From Rhynchobatus australiae (lineage: Eukaryota): a stretch of DNA of 64,000 bases. The position numbers and the translations under genes are program-made. The first letter of the stretch is position 1. Every line of letters starts with the position of its first letter. Location: contig JAUZTB010000083.1 in assembly GCA_034780895.1 (NCBI GenBank), positions 9,275,556-9,339,555 of the forward strand, read 5' to 3'. Of the stretch, positions 61,701 through 64,000 are shown piece after piece. The notes below the pieces were generated by a model, which did not search any database, was not told the origin of the DNA, and saw nothing but the letters and a program-made list of their open reading frames with translations.

Positions 61701-64000
61701 GATAATCATTACTGGAGGATCAGGAAGGAGTTTCCAACGATAAATTCATGCACAAATAAATGATACTCTTGGGAAACAAGTTGGATTGGGCTGGAAGGGG
61801 TTGCAGATAGTGTGGCAGATGTTACTCATCCTTGTAGATGACATTGGATAGAATGGTATAGGTTGGGAAGGAAAGGAGAGAAGCTGATTCTTGTCCATTT
61901 AAGGCTGAAATTGCACTGAATGAGCACAGCATGTAAGGATTAATATAACTTTTTGACAGGTGGGCTTCTTAATTAGTAGTAAAACTGCAGTATAATGTCA
62001 TTCTGAGAGATCTTTCAGTGTTGCTGTCAATGTGAATGGAAACTCTGGTCATCCAAAATGTCTGGAGTGAAATGCATTCTTGATTCCTATGTCAAATGTT
62101 GGCACAGGGCAGTGGTCCACCATTCAGTGTTGTGATTGATGTCAGCCAAAAGGACTGTTGCAGAAAATACCCTCCAATGACAGACTCCCTTCATGCTAAA
62201 TGTGGCATTGTTGTCAGATGAAATGATATTTGGCTGAGGTTGTACATATCTGCTGCTGAGAATGAGCTGTCCTTCAGTAGTATGAGCTCAAGGAATAAGA
62301 TTATTTATACATGGACAAATTAGACAAGTTTGGGAAACACATGGTTACATAGTCACAGGACTGGGATTGATTTTAGAAGTTCTTTCTATTTTTCCATGGA
62401 ATTAGTAACCTCTGAAATAGACTGCAGGCTTGTGCAACAGCTAGTAACATTTTGTAAAATTTTGAGAGAGTTAAGGAGAGTGTTGCAACTGATGTGAACA
62501 ACGTGACTTGGCTGTTGATGAACATACCTAATGATTATTGTTGTCTCCTCAGACTTATTTTTGAACACATTTGGGAGTTGGAAAGTAATATTCCAGAAAT
62601 ATTTCCCCACACCCCCACCCCAATTTCTTTGCATTTAGCTTCCAATTTGTCTTGGATTTACAAAAAAAATAACCAGCCTAGTTTTGACAAGAGGGTGGGA
62701 TGTCTGCATTTAGACGGAGAGTCATGGTATCATGTAAGCACAGAAACAGGCCTTTCGGCCCAACTGGTCCATGCCGACCAAGATTCCCACCTAAGCTAGT
62801 CCCATTTGCCCAAGTTCGGCCCATATCCCTTGAAACCTTCCAATCTGTGTACCTGCATTTCATAACAAGTCATGTTGTGAAATTGTAGCATGGCTAAATG
62901 AGAAAGATGCATGAGGTGTTCTTCAGTTCATAGTTCTGAACAATTTGAGTCTGTAATATTTTCATTCATGATCTGGGCAGCAGAGTGACACAGCTAATAC
63001 AACTGCAGCATCACTGCTCCAGCAACGCAGGTTCAATCCTGGCCTCCGGCAATGTCTGTGTGGAGCTAGTACACTTCCCTNNNNNNNNNNATTTTGTTAG
63101 TTTTCTCCAGGTGACCATGTGTCCAGCCATTGGAAGTGCCTCTGCCGGTATTGATGACTGCTTTCAGGTTAGTTGCTGATTGACTTCTAGGACACAAAGT
63201 GATGAATCCACAAGCTTTTGGTACTTTCTGCAGCTGTTTAACGTGTACATTATGTAAGTTATAGGAACGCTAAGCTTCTGCTCAAACCAGTTGCTTCCGG
63301 GCATGGATCCATTCCTCTTGAAGAAAGAGGAATGTGTTCTCCCTCTCTGGGAGAAGGAGCAGTGACTGCACAAGTAACAGCAAGCAGCTGGAAAGGTCGA
63401 GGGATAAGGAGAAGGGCTTTTAGCAACCCTGTATTACCTCAATGCACTGTGTAATGAATTGATCTGTATGAATGGTATGCAAGACAAGTTTTTCACTGTA
63501 CCTTGTTACAAGTGACAATAATAAGCAAATACCAATACCAAATACCCTATTTTTTCTATGTACAATTAAATTACATGCCCATGCTGAACCAAGAGCTGAA
63601 AACCTCTGCCCCTGATTATGCACAAATGGGTAGGGTAAGCACAGAACATGTTTATGTGCTTAACTTAAAAAGTTGCTCTCACAGATGTTTCACTATGATA
63701 TTCACTATGCAAGAACAGCATTTTGCTGTCTGACTCCTCATTGGAAAACATTGAGTAGCATCAAATTGCTTTGTTTGGACCGTGGGTATTTATTAAACAT
63801 GCCAGCGAACATATTTAACTCCAGATATTTTTTTTAACAACATGATACTGCCAATCAATTTCTTTAGCATTAAATCTTATGCATTAGAAGTATCAACTCT
63901 CATTATTTCAGGTTTTAATTGTTGTTGAAATGTTCAAGTTGGAAAATATAAACTCTACAAATCCTTTTTAGCCAGTCCTTTTTTCTCTTTGTTCTTTCTA

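Larger units (their letters stand above)
34884..64000 (+). other. FXR2: FXR2 intron 1 (at least 29.1 kb, repeat-rich)
   Basis: No sequence resembling FXR exon 2 (G/AFVKDVHEDS...) was seen, and the window ends in a polypyrimidine tract (...ttttctctttgttctttcta). Exon 2 could alternatively be hidden in an N gap. Confidence 0.65.

Overview
This is vertebrate genomic DNA from a gapped draft assembly, not prokaryotic sequence. The repeat content (HE1/V-SINE, Deu-domain SINE, CR1, Rex1/Babar, RTE, Penelope-like remnants) points to a cartilaginous fish (shark or ray). Two genes lie on the + strand. (1) Dishevelled-2 (DVL2): coding exons 2-15 are reconstructed at 6041-26624. All internal junctions are GT-AG and phase-consistent (1984 nt, ending ...[11 protein letters not shown]), and exon 1 lies upstream of the window. 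(2) FXR2 (fragile-X family): a CpG-island promoter and first coding exon (MDGLAVEVRGSNGAFYK, 34833-34883), followed by an intron of at least 29 kb that appears to end at the window edge. Nearly all other ORFs in the track are repeat-derived, low-complexity or N-gap artefacts. I found no convincing new gene system. The most notable observations are: palindromic Penelope-like remnants with hammerhead-ribozyme-like cores, one of which duplicated the probable branch point of a DVL2 intron; a repeated GATTGAC-N11/12-CCAAT composite motif in the FXR2 promoter; a short CGG run in the FXR2 5' leader; a minisatellite built from a Deu-SINE motif; and direct DVL2-FXR2 adjacency. Repeat boundaries are approximate and family names come from recognition by eye, not from a database search.
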